Source: a virus | Lineage: Duplodnaviria > Caudoviricetes | IMG/VR virus record: IMGVR_UViG_3300032213_000892 | Span: 1-34,247 of that record | Reading direction: 5' to 3' (one strand) | Length of the DNA: 34,247 nucleotides | Program-made: the position numbers and the translations under genes | In this document: one piece after another, positions 18,169-25,552 of the stretch | How positions within the stretch are numbered: the first letter of the stretch is position 1 | Layout of the letters: each line of letters starts with the position of its first letter | Notes under the pieces: generated by a model | What the model saw: only the letters and a program-made list of their open reading frames with translations | What the model was told of the DNA's origin: nothing | Databases searched by the model: none

Positions 18169-18191
18169 GAGGGCGCGTCTGGCGCGCCCTC
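18169..18191. other. Intergenic hairpin between the SSB-like gene and polA
   Basis: 9-bp stem GAGGGCGCG/CGCGCCCTC with a 5-nt loop and no clear U tract. Confidence 0.55.
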
Positions 18192-18200
18192 CGGGGTGGT

Positions 18201-18899
18201 TTAGCGGCGAGTGCGCGTTCCGGGCTTGGTGCTCTCTCCGGCTTCACCATACAGCAGCGCGTCGAGATCAGTCGAGCCCGCAAAGAAAGCTTCGACTTCT
18301 GGGCGCGTCGCCCAGCCGTGGATCACGAACTTGGGCTTATAGTTCACCGCGCCCTGAGCGGTGAACTGCTCAGCGGCGAACTCAAAGATCGGCATAGACG
18401 GCGCGCCGGATGTCATGCGGCGCACAATCTCATTCAACAGGTCGGTGATCGCGTTGCGTCCAGAAACTGAGTTCGTCACGAACTTGACGCTGGTCTGCGC
18501 GCCATCCATCGAGATGCAGCCAAATCCCAGTGCGCGATGCCATCCCTCGCCCGTCTTGGTGTTATAGGGCGCGTGATCGGGCAGATCCGGCTCCGCGACG
18601 GCGGCGCGTTTGTTGAATATCGACCATTCGACGCGATCGACGGGCTTGCTTGCTTTCCAGCAGATCCAGCCTTCGACAACTGACTTTGGCTCGATGACGA
18701 ACAGCTGGTCGTGGACGTCGGTGCGATCGCGGCCCAGTGCGTAGGATCCGGTTTTGCCAGAGAAGGCGAGATATTGGACATTCAGCCCAGTGCCGGTGCG
18801 CTGCTCTTCGGTGGTGTCAGAGAGCGCGGCAATCATCTGATCGTCGGAGATGTCCGGCAGATCAGCGGAGGATAGATAGGCGGTCAAAGATGTCGTCAT
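18201..18899 (-). CDS. Putative ssDNA-binding protein
   Basis: Strong RBS; lies between the nuclease and polA; aromatic beta-rich motifs (GWICWK, GW, S-SG, YKPKF-I-GW). Confidence 0.55.
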   Translation of the reverse strand: MTTSLTAYLSSADLPDISDDQMIAALSDTTEEQRTGTGLNVQYLAFSGKTGSYALGRDRTDVHDQLFVIEPKSVVEGWICWKASKPVDRVEWSIFNKRAAVAEPDLPDHAPYNTKTGEGWHRALGFGCISMDGAQTSVKFVTNSVSGRNAITDLLNEIVRRMTSGAPSMPIFEFAAEQFTAQGAVNYKPKFVIHGWATRPEVEAFFAGSTDLDALLYGEAGESTKPGTRTRR

Positions 18900-18937
18900 A
18901 TTGTGCTCCTATTTTGCACGTTGCTACGTTCTGGCGA

Positions 18938-19927
18938 TCAGCTCGCCAGCGGCTTTACAGTCAGCCGTTCCGACGGCAGACCGAACTTTTTGAAGGGCGT
19001 GAGGTCAAGCCCCGCCTTCTCCATTGCTTTCTGGTCAAGACTAGAACGCCCGGCGACAGACGACAACTCGACTTCGATGTCGCCGACGATGGTCGACGAG
19101 GTGTTGCGCTTGCGCAGTTCTTCCTTGATCTCTTCGGCGAGCGCGTCCTTCTCGCCAGAGAGCGCGTCCTGCGCCTCCTTGATTTCGACATAGCGCTGCA
19201 CGATCGTGTCCAGCTGCGAGCCGCGATTTGAGCGCGTGAACGCTTTTGTCTCCGACAGATCCACGCCGCAGCGTTCCGCGTAAGGGCATTTCTTGCAGTC
19301 GCCGGTCGCTCGCCCTTCGCGGTCAAGGCGTTCGACGTTCCGCGTCTTCAGCACCTGATTGGCGCGCAGCGCCATATCATCCATGAGCCCCGGGTTCCGC
19401 CCGATTGCATAAACGTCGAGCTGATTGTAGTTCGACGCGTCCATGTAAACGATCAGCCCGTGCTCAATGTTGAGTTTCGCGACTTTGATCAGCAGTTCCA
19501 TTCCGATCTGGATCTGCGCGACGTGCTCATTGCGCGGCAGGTTCGCGCGGTTCGTGCGCGGGTCAATGGTCTTGATCTCAAGCGCGACGTGCCCCCCGGA
19601 TGCGTTGAACAGCACGCCGTCGGGCGTGGCAGATATACGCAGTTCGTCGTCTGCGACGCTCTCCTGATCATCGCCTGCCAGCATCAGCTCGATGCCAGAT
19701 GCGCGCAGCATCTCAACGACGTATTTCTCGCCGTGCGTGCCGCGCCGGGCAAAGCCCCAATCCTGCGGCGCGTCGCTGGGCTCGTGCTTCGAGAACCACT
19801 GCTTGCGGATGCAAGACAGCGCCTCGCTGGCGTTCAGATATTTTGAGCGATCGACGCTAAATGTTTTGCGTGCGTCGATCACCTCAGCGCCCCGCAGGAT
19901 CGCGTTCTTTAGGTCTTCAGGTGTCAT
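18938..19927 (-). CDS. Cas4-like PD-(D/E)XK exonuclease with predicted Fe-S cluster
   Basis: N-terminal Cys (SCIRK), GTHGE, TPDG, EIK, Q---GM and CKKCPYAERC, followed by a coiled-coil tail. Confidence 0.85.
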   Translation of the reverse strand: MTPEDLKNAILRGAEVIDARKTFSVDRSKYLNASEALSCIRKQWFSKHEPSDAPQDWGFARRGTHGEKYVVEMLRASGIELMLAGDDQESVADDELRISATPDGVLFNASGGHVALEIKTIDPRTNRANLPRNEHVAQIQIGMELLIKVAKLNIEHGLIVYMDASNYNQLDVYAIGRNPGLMDDMALRANQVLKTRNVERLDREGRATGDCKKCPYAERCGVDLSETKAFTRSNRGSQLDTIVQRYVEIKEAQDALSGEKDALAEEIKEELRKRNTSSTIVGDIEVELSSVAGRSSLDQKAMEKAGLDLTPFKKFGLPSERLTVKPLAS

Positions 19928-20244
19928 AGTGGCAGATCTCCTTTGTTGTGGTTTACATAATCGTCAAACGCTCGTTGCACTCTTTTGCGTGCCGCCGCGC
20001 CGCCTTTTGACATCGCCCATCCCAGATAGTTAGCGCTAAATCCAAGGGCGATGCTCGCCTCTCGCGTCGATCGAAACGTCGTCGGCCCGATTGTCCACCA
20101 CTGGCGTGCTGTGCTCGTCCCCAAGCCGAGCCTGTCCATAGCTCCGCGATGGATGGCCGAATAAACCGCCTTCTCAGTCACACCGAGCGCCTGAGACGTC
20201 GCGCGCACCGAAGGGTAAGTGACCCCGCGCACTTTGATTGGCAT
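19924..20244 (-). CDS. HTH/NUMOD1-like DNA-binding protein with two internal repeats
   Basis: Start reassigned to ATG 20244 (AGGAG RBS, TAATG overlap). Repeats TYPSVRATSQALG and TFRSTREASIALG. Confidence 0.72.
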   Translation of the reverse strand: MPIKVRGVTYPSVRATSQALGVTEKAVYSAIHRGAMDRLGLGTSTARQWWTIGPTTFRSTREASIALGFSANYLGWAMSKGGAAARKRVQRAFDDYVNHNKGDLPL

Positions 20245-21587
20245 TACTGTTCTCCTGCGTTTAGGATCCGGTGCTGGCGCGCCTTCTCGTTGCTGATTTT
20301 GTGGATCGCATCGTCGATCTTGGTTTCGCTTTCCAGCGTGTCGACGTGAACGTGTTTTTCCTGTCCCATGCGATAGAGCCGGGCGTAAAACTGATCCATG
20401 ATAGCCGGGCTCCAATCCTCCTCAACGACGATGATGCAGTTTCCGCCACGCTGGAGGTTCAGCGAAACGCCCATCGCGCCGATCTGGCCGACAAGAACAT
20501 CGATCTCGCCGCCGTTGAATTTGGCCTCGAGCTCCGATTTGCGCCCCATTGAGGTGCGCCCGTCAAGCACTTCGCAGATCAGCCCCTTGGCGCGGACACC
20601 GGCGCAAAGCTCGTCAATGACTTCGGTATGCCAAGCCCCGACGAGAACCGCGTCAGCGGTGATGCCGATTGCGCGCTCTGCGATGACTTCGACAGCGGCA
20701 GACACCTTGCCCAGCCCGATCAGGCGGCGCATGGTCGACAGCGCGGGGTCTTTGGCCGCGAGCTTCTCCTCGACCTGATGCTGCGACATTGACCGAAGCG
20801 CCGTCAGGGCTGACGACAGTTCGGGCGACGCCGACAGCGGGATCGAATACCGATTGTAGGTGATGGGCGGCATTGCGGCCCAGACGTCGGCCAGTTCGCG
20901 CCGAACGGCGACGCGATCAGGGCCGGAATACATGATCTCGCGCAGCTCCTCTGTGTTGCGAGATCCGACAGTCATCGACACCGGGAAGCGCGCGCCTTGG
21001 AACTGCTTTTGCTGGCGGATCGTATAGCGGATCTCGAACCGCTCGATCGACAGGCCGCCCAGTTTCGCCTTCATGGCTTCGGGCGCGGCGCGGAACAGGA
21101 ACGGGATCAGGTCGTCGTTCCAGCGCGTCGCGGGCGTGCCCGTCAGCATCCACGAATGAGCGAACGCGGAGCACAGCCCGCCGAACCCAAGGATCGCCTT
21201 TGTGCGCTTGGCTTTGATGCTCTTGAGCGCGTGGCTCTCGTCACAGATCAGAACCGACTTCGCCAGCGGCGAGGCAATGGCCATCAGTTCCGCGATGCGT
21301 TTGGTGGCGATCTCGTAAGACATGATCAGGATCTGCGAGAGAGGGTCGATCTTGCTCGCGCCGGTCTTGAGCACCTGCGCAGGCAGTGCCAGATGATCGC
21401 GCGCCTCACGCGCCCACATCCGCAGTGCAATGGGCGGCGCGATGATGACAATGCAGTCGGATCCGACGATGCGCGCGGCTTCGAGCGCAGTTCGGGTCTT
21501 GCCCGAACCCATGCCGCTGAAACACCCGGCAAATTTGCGGGATGCGAGAAAAGCGGCGTCTTCAATTTGGTGGGGTAGTAACTTCAT
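20244..21587 (-). CDS. SNF2-type superfamily 2 helicase
   Basis: Starts at the cassette ATG 21587; LLPHQ, GMGSGKT, DESH, LTGTP, GVSLNLQ, Q---RLYRMGQ. Confidence 0.93.
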   Translation of the reverse strand: MKLLPHQIEDAAFLASRKFAGCFSGMGSGKTRTALEAARIVGSDCIVIIAPPIALRMWAREARDHLALPAQVLKTGASKIDPLSQILIMSYEIATKRIAELMAIASPLAKSVLICDESHALKSIKAKRTKAILGFGGLCSAFAHSWMLTGTPATRWNDDLIPFLFRAAPEAMKAKLGGLSIERFEIRYTIRQQKQFQGARFPVSMTVGSRNTEELREIMYSGPDRVAVRRELADVWAAMPPITYNRYSIPLSASPELSSALTALRSMSQHQVEEKLAAKDPALSTMRRLIGLGKVSAAVEVIAERAIGITADAVLVGAWHTEVIDELCAGVRAKGLICEVLDGRTSMGRKSELEAKFNGGEIDVLVGQIGAMGVSLNLQRGGNCIIVVEEDWSPAIMDQFYARLYRMGQEKHVHVDTLESETKIDDAIHKISNEKARQHRILNAGEQ

Positions 21588-21656
21588 GGCAGGTCTCTTT
21601 CGGTTTACGTTGCTACGTGGGCCCATCCGGCCCGGTCTCAGTCATACGCGCAGGGT

Positions 21657-21684
21657 CGGGGGGCGGTCAAGCCCCCCGTTCTTT
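21657..21684 (+). terminator. Hairpin between an early gene and the helicase; U-rich tail on the + (antisense) strand
   Basis: CGGGGGGC-ggtcaa-GCCCCCCG followed by TTCTTT. Confidence 0.5.
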
Positions 21685-21958
21685 ATGCGCGTTCGATAAT
21701 GTTGCAGGCTTCTGTCGCGCTCTTGACCTTGAAAGTATGATCGCCGTGCGCGTCCCACTGCACGAACCATTCGTTGCTCGCGCCGCCAGCAGCTTTGCCG
21801 CCAGAGATAACAAATTTGGATCCGCCAGCGACGCCTTCCCAGCGCGCGGTCGATACGGCGGAGATTTCGCTGATGCGCCCCTCGACGGCGACAACGCGCC
21901 CATTGACGTTAAGCTGGCGGCGTCCGTATTGGCTGGTCTTAATTGCGATCTTTGTCAT
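21683..21958 (-). CDS. Small early protein (91 aa), first gene after the promoter
   Basis: Starts at the cassette ATG 21958; beta-rich. Confidence 0.78.
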   Translation of the reverse strand: MTKIAIKTSQYGRRQLNVNGRVVAVEGRISEISAVSTARWEGVAGGSKFVISGGKAAGGASNEWFVQWDAHGDHTFKVKSATEACNIIERA

Positions 21959-21986
21959 GGCAGGTCTCCGTGTTTGCGTTTCGTTA

Positions 21987-22030
21987 ACCAAGATATAAGA
22001 CCGGTCGCAAGGAACGTCAAGACCGGTCTT
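21987..22030 (-). promoter_or_regulatory. Sigma70-type early promoter with two GACCGGTC operator-like palindromes
   Basis: - strand TTGACG (22015-22020), N17, TATATC (21992-21997); GACCGGTC at 21999-22006 and 22021-22028. Confidence 0.82.
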
Positions 22031-22032
22031 AG

Positions 22033-22061
22033 AAAAAAGATCACCCGCCGGAGCGGGTGAT
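22033..22061 (-). terminator. Intrinsic terminator with no upstream - strand CDS
   Basis: 9-bp stem ATCACCCGC/GCGGGTGAT with a 4-nt loop, followed by CTTTTTT on the - strand. Confidence 0.8.
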
Positions 22062-22104
22062 TAGTTCAGGGAGGAGAGATCCATGCAGGCTTGCGGTGAT
22101 CGCA
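22033..22104 (-). ncRNA. Candidate anti-Shine-Dalgarno small RNA (suhB/MmgR-like architecture)
   Basis: The - strand reads ...GCAUGGAUCUCUCCUCCCUGAACU, then the terminator hairpin and U tract. Possible -35 TTGGCA at 22128-22133. The 5' end is uncertain. Confidence 0.6.
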
Positions 22105-22156
22105 GTCTTGGGTTTATTGTGCAGACCTGCCAAGGATACACAACAGCGAGGAAATC

Positions 22157-24340
22157 ATGAGCCAGATCACTGACCGAACACAACTTCTAGCGGACGCGAT
22201 CACCGCAAGCACTAAATACCCTATTTTCTGGGTAAATGTCTATACTGATAAAGAAGGGTCAAAGCACAAGATCCCGGCGTTGAACCGCGATGTTTGCGCG
22301 CGCCACGGCTGGGGACACGGCGCAGGCGACGATTTCAAGGCCGGGTTTTACGCCGCAACGCGCGACCGGACCGTGATCGAGGCGATGATGAACGAAGCCG
22401 GTGAGCGCGCAACAGCGATCGGCGTCGCGACCGGTGCGGCTGGGCTCGTCGTGATCGATGACGACCGCGCGAAGAAAGACGACCCAGTGGCCGAAGCGTT
22501 CTTTGCGCGTCACACAGCGGAGCTCGCGCGGGCGCGGATCCACCGCACGACCAGCGGCGGGCAACATTTTATATTTGCGGCTGGCGGTTCGGTGGTGTCG
22601 TCGCGCAAGACCTGCGACGCGATCGACATCAGAGGCGCGAGCGGTTTTGTCGTCTGGCCGCCGTCGCTGGGCTATTCGGTGGTGCACGATGTCGATCCGC
22701 CGGAGATGTCGCGCGCGCTGCTTGCGGATCTGCTGCGGATGCAAACAGCCTATCGCGTCAGCGGCGCGACTGATGCTGGCGCGGATCTGTCGGGCGTCGA
22801 TGTCGAGGATCTGGAAGAGCGGATCCGCAGCGGTGTTGATTTCCATTACACGACGCTCGAACTGACCAAGCGCTGGGCGCTCGCGGGCATGGAGCACGAC
22901 GCAGCGCTCGCGGCGCTGATGGCCCTATATGACGAAGCGCGACCCGCAGGCGGCGCGGCGCTGGGCAGATGGCAAAAGGCGCGCAAGGATGCGGAGCGCG
23001 CGCTGGACGGCGCGATGCGCAGGTTCAAGCCGCGAGATGAGCGCGCCGTGCTCGACGCACTGGCCGGGCTGCTTGGCGTCGAACCAGACCCAGAACCATT
23101 CGTTGACGAATACGAACCCGCGCCTGATGTCGTGGCTGGGCATATGCCGCGCCCGCTGGGTGAATATGAGCCGCGCCGCTGGCTGCTGGGCAATGTGCTG
23201 ATCCGGCAATATGTCACAGTCTTGGCCGGATCCGGCGGCGGCGGCAAGACCTCGCTCGCGATCGGCTGGGCGCTGTCGCTCGCGTCGGGCAAGCCAGTGA
23301 TGGGCGAGCGCGTCGGCAGGCCGCGCCGGGTGCTGATCTGGTCGGAGGATCCGCCGGAAGAACTGGCGAAGCGCGTCGACGCTGCAATGCAGATCCACGG
23401 GCTGACGCGCGCTGACATCGAAGACCGGTTGATCGTGGTCTCGATTGACGAACTGAAGATCACCATTGCGCGATTTTCGCAGGAACTGCGCGAGGTCATC
23501 GCGGTGGATGTCGATGTGCTCAAACAAATCATCGTCGCGAACCGGCTCGATGTGGTGATGCTCGACCCGATCGCGGAACTGCACGAGCTCGAAGAGAACG
23601 ACAACGTGCAGATGGCAAAACTCATGGGGATGGTGCGATCAGTGGCGCGCGAGACCAAGGCGGCGATCCTGCTGCTGCATCACGCATCCAAAGCGTCGGT
23701 TGATGCGGGCAAGTCGCGCGCCGCAACAGCAACCCGGGGCGCGGGCGCGATCGTGAACTCGGCGCGCGTGTCGATGGTGCTCAACGAGATGACGGCAAAG
23801 GATGCGGAGGATCTGGGCATCCCAGAGGGCGAGCGCCCGCTTTACGGCGAACTGACGCGCCCAAAGGCGAACATGGGGCCGCGCAGCTTCGGCGGTGATT
23901 ACATCAAGGTCGAGGTGGTCGCGTTCGGCAATGGCGACGCAGACAATGACGAGGACACAGTGGCAGTCGCGACAGCGTGGAAGCCGTCGCCAGCGTCGCA
24001 GGCGGAGCGGTTGGGGGATCTGGTGGTTGCGGTGCGGGTGTTGCAGGATCTGCCCCCGCAGGAGCGCCGCACAAAAGGCGCATCGCGTGCTGACTATCCG
24101 GTGGCGAAGGCGCTGGGCCTAGATCTGGGCTACGAGAAGGTCAAGGCGGAACTGACGAAGGAGGAGAGCGCGGCGCGTGGCCGCGTGCTCAGCGTGCTGT
24201 CGCAGCTGGTCGGCATGGGTGCGCTGGAGGTGGTCGACTTCAAAGATACGGGCCCAAGCAAGAACAGCGGCAAGGCCTACGAGGTGACCAAAGGCGGGCT
24301 CGCGCTGGTCGAAAATATGCTTGACGGAGCGCAGCCATGA
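22157..24340 (+). CDS. Bifunctional primase-polymerase fused to an AAA_25/RepA-like helicase
   Basis: Prim-Pol motifs IGVATG--GLVVIDDD, T-SGGQH, IDIRG--GFVV-PPS; Walker A GSGGGGKT, Walker B VVMLD, LLLHH, RGAGA. Confidence 0.92.
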   Translation: MSQITDRTQLLADAITASTKYPIFWVNVYTDKEGSKHKIPALNRDVCARHGWGHGAGDDFKAGFYAATRDRTVIEAMMNEAGERATAIGVATGAAGLVVIDDDRAKKDDPVAEAFFARHTAELARARIHRTTSGGQHFIFAAGGSVVSSRKTCDAIDIRGASGFVVWPPSLGYSVVHDVDPPEMSRALLADLLRMQTAYRVSGATDAGADLSGVDVEDLEERIRSGVDFHYTTLELTKRWALAGMEHDAALAALMALYDEARPAGGAALGRWQKARKDAERALDGAMRRFKPRDERAVLDALAGLLGVEPDPEPFVDEYEPAPDVVAGHMPRPLGEYEPRRWLLGNVLIRQYVTVLAGSGGGGKTSLAIGWALSLASGKPVMGERVGRPRRVLIWSEDPPEELAKRVDAAMQIHGLTRADIEDRLIVVSIDELKITIARFSQELREVIAVDVDVLKQIIVANRLDVVMLDPIAELHELEENDNVQMAKLMGMVRSVARETKAAILLLHHASKASVDAGKSRAATATRGAGAIVNSARVSMVLNEMTAKDAEDLGIPEGERPLYGELTRPKANMGPRSFGGDYIKVEVVAFGNGDADNDEDTVAVATAWKPSPASQAERLGDLVVAVRVLQDLPPQERRTKGASRADYPVAKALGLDLGYEKVKAELTKEESAARGRVLSVLSQLVGMGALEVVDFKDTGPSKNSGKAYEVTKGGLALVENMLDGAQP

Positions 24341-24390
24341 GCGCGCGGGAGGACAGAAAGAGGACAGAAAACTGTCCTCTCCCGCGCGCT
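24340..24390. repeat. Long hairpin containing GAGGACAG repeats
   Basis: 11-bp outer arms (24340-24350 / 24380-24390); GAGGACAG at 24349 and 24360, inverted copy at 24372. Confidence 0.8.
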
Positions 24391-24413
24391 AAATCAGCGC
24401 GCCAGAAACCTAT

Positions 24414-24548
24414 AAAAACAAGGGAGGGGAGGACAGGTTTCCCTATAGTATTATCCTCTCCTCCCCTCCCTGTCCGTTGCCGGTATGAACCCTAAGGGGA
24501 AACCCCGCTAAAGCGGGGGTTACCCCTCCGGGGTTCTGGCCGATTTTG
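24414..24548. repeat. Structured intergenic element, copy 1
   Basis: 24422-24473 matches 30620-30671 at 50/52 nt; 24522-24548 matches 30718-30744 at 27/27 nt; two hairpins. Confidence 0.92.
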
Positions 24549-24581
24549 GCTCCCCGAACCTCTCAAAAGAAGGACTAAAAG

Positions 24582-25061
24582 ATGGCGCGCTATTTAGGTA
24601 TCGACCCCGGACTAAGCGGGGGGCTCGCACTGGTCGAGACAAGGGACGGCGCGCCCCCTGCGTTCATCGCTGGGCTGCGCGTCCCGACGATCAAGAACAG
24701 AGGCAAGAGCCTGATCGATGCGCGCAGGCTCTTTGTCTGGCTCGCCGATCTAGGCGGTATCGATCAAGCCGTGATTGAACAGGTCGGATCCCGCCCCGGG
24801 CAAGGCACTGTCTCCGCGTTCACCTTTGGCCGGGCAACCGGCGCGGTCGAAGCGATCGCGCACATGATGGCCGATACTGTCATCTGGGTGACGCCTGCGG
24901 TCTGGAAACGGGATCTAGGGCTGGGCAAGGAGAAGCAGGGCAGCCTTGATCTGTGCCGCCTGCGGTTCGGTGAGGCGTTTACATCGCAGTTCCGTGCGCT
25001 GGCTGACGACGGAGTAGCGGAAGCCGCGCTTTTAGCGTATCATGCGGCAGGATACCGGTGA
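24582..25061 (+). CDS. RuvC-like Holliday junction resolvase
   Basis: YLGIDPG--GGLA, AVIE, F-FG---G, P--WK, DG-AEAALLA. Confidence 0.88.
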   Translation: MARYLGIDPGLSGGLALVETRDGAPPAFIAGLRVPTIKNRGKSLIDARRLFVWLADLGGIDQAVIEQVGSRPGQGTVSAFTFGRATGAVEAIAHMMADTVIWVTPAVWKRDLGLGKEKQGSLDLCRLRFGEAFTSQFRALADDGVAEAALLAYHAAGYR

Positions 25062-25552
25062 GGGACATCGTGGCAGACATCGCAGAAAAGACCCGACGCA
25101 AGACAGGCCCGAAGGGGCCAAGCAAGCCGCTTGACGATCTCAGCGTGGTCATCGAGATGATCAAGATCCAATGCACGCAGGTCGAGATCTGCGCGGTGCT
25201 GGGCATCTCAGAGGACACGCTGACGCGGCGGATCATCGAGCACAACATCGAAGGCGTCTCCAATTTTGCGGGGCTCTATGAAAAACACTCGCATGAGGGC
25301 AAGGCGTCGCTGCGGCGCGCCCAGTGGAAGGCGGCGCAGGGCGGCAACGTGACCATGCAGATCTGGCTGGGAAAGCAATTGCTCGGACAGCGCGACCAGA
25401 TCCGCCAGCACGTTGAACTCACCGGCGCGGACGGCGGGCCGATCCAAACTGTCGACCTTTCGGGCGTCTCGACCGAAGCGCTCCTCGAACTGTCAAAGGC
25501 GATCTCAGATGCAACTCCCAAAGATAACGACGGCAGATCGCGACTTAATTGA
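25058..25552 (+). CDS. terS: Terminase small subunit
   Basis: HTH (TQVEICAVLGISEDTL), GNVTMQIWLGKQLLGQ, ELTGADGGPI; overlaps terL. Confidence 0.85.
   Translation: MRDIVADIAEKTRRKTGPKGPSKPLDDLSVVIEMIKIQCTQVEICAVLGISEDTLTRRIIEHNIEGVSNFAGLYEKHSHEGKASLRRAQWKAAQGGNVTMQIWLGKQLLGQRDQIRQHVELTGADGGPIQTVDLSGVSTEALLELSKAISDATPKDNDGRSRLN

Noticed and set aside
19924-20244. Homing endonuclease
   Set aside because: Only NUMOD1/HTH-like repeats are present, with no HNH or GIY-YIG motif.
15415-21969. Repeated 14-16-mers near a Cas4-like gene as a mini CRISPR array
   Set aside because: The repeats are too short, separated by whole genes of hundreds to thousands of bp, and coincide with RBS-start sites.
24321-24350. 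TTGACG as a late -35 box
   Set aside because: No plausible -10 hexamer lies 16-18 nt downstream.
24441-24453. CCCTATAGTATTA resembles a reversed T7 promoter
   Set aside because: The GACTCAC specificity region is missing and no single-subunit RNA polymerase is encoded.
24337-24495. 52-aa ORF (MSAREDRKRTENCP...) across element copy 1, and ORF 30492..30785 across copy 2
   Set aside because: The shared sequence is read in different frames in the two copies, so conservation is at the nucleotide level, not the peptide level.
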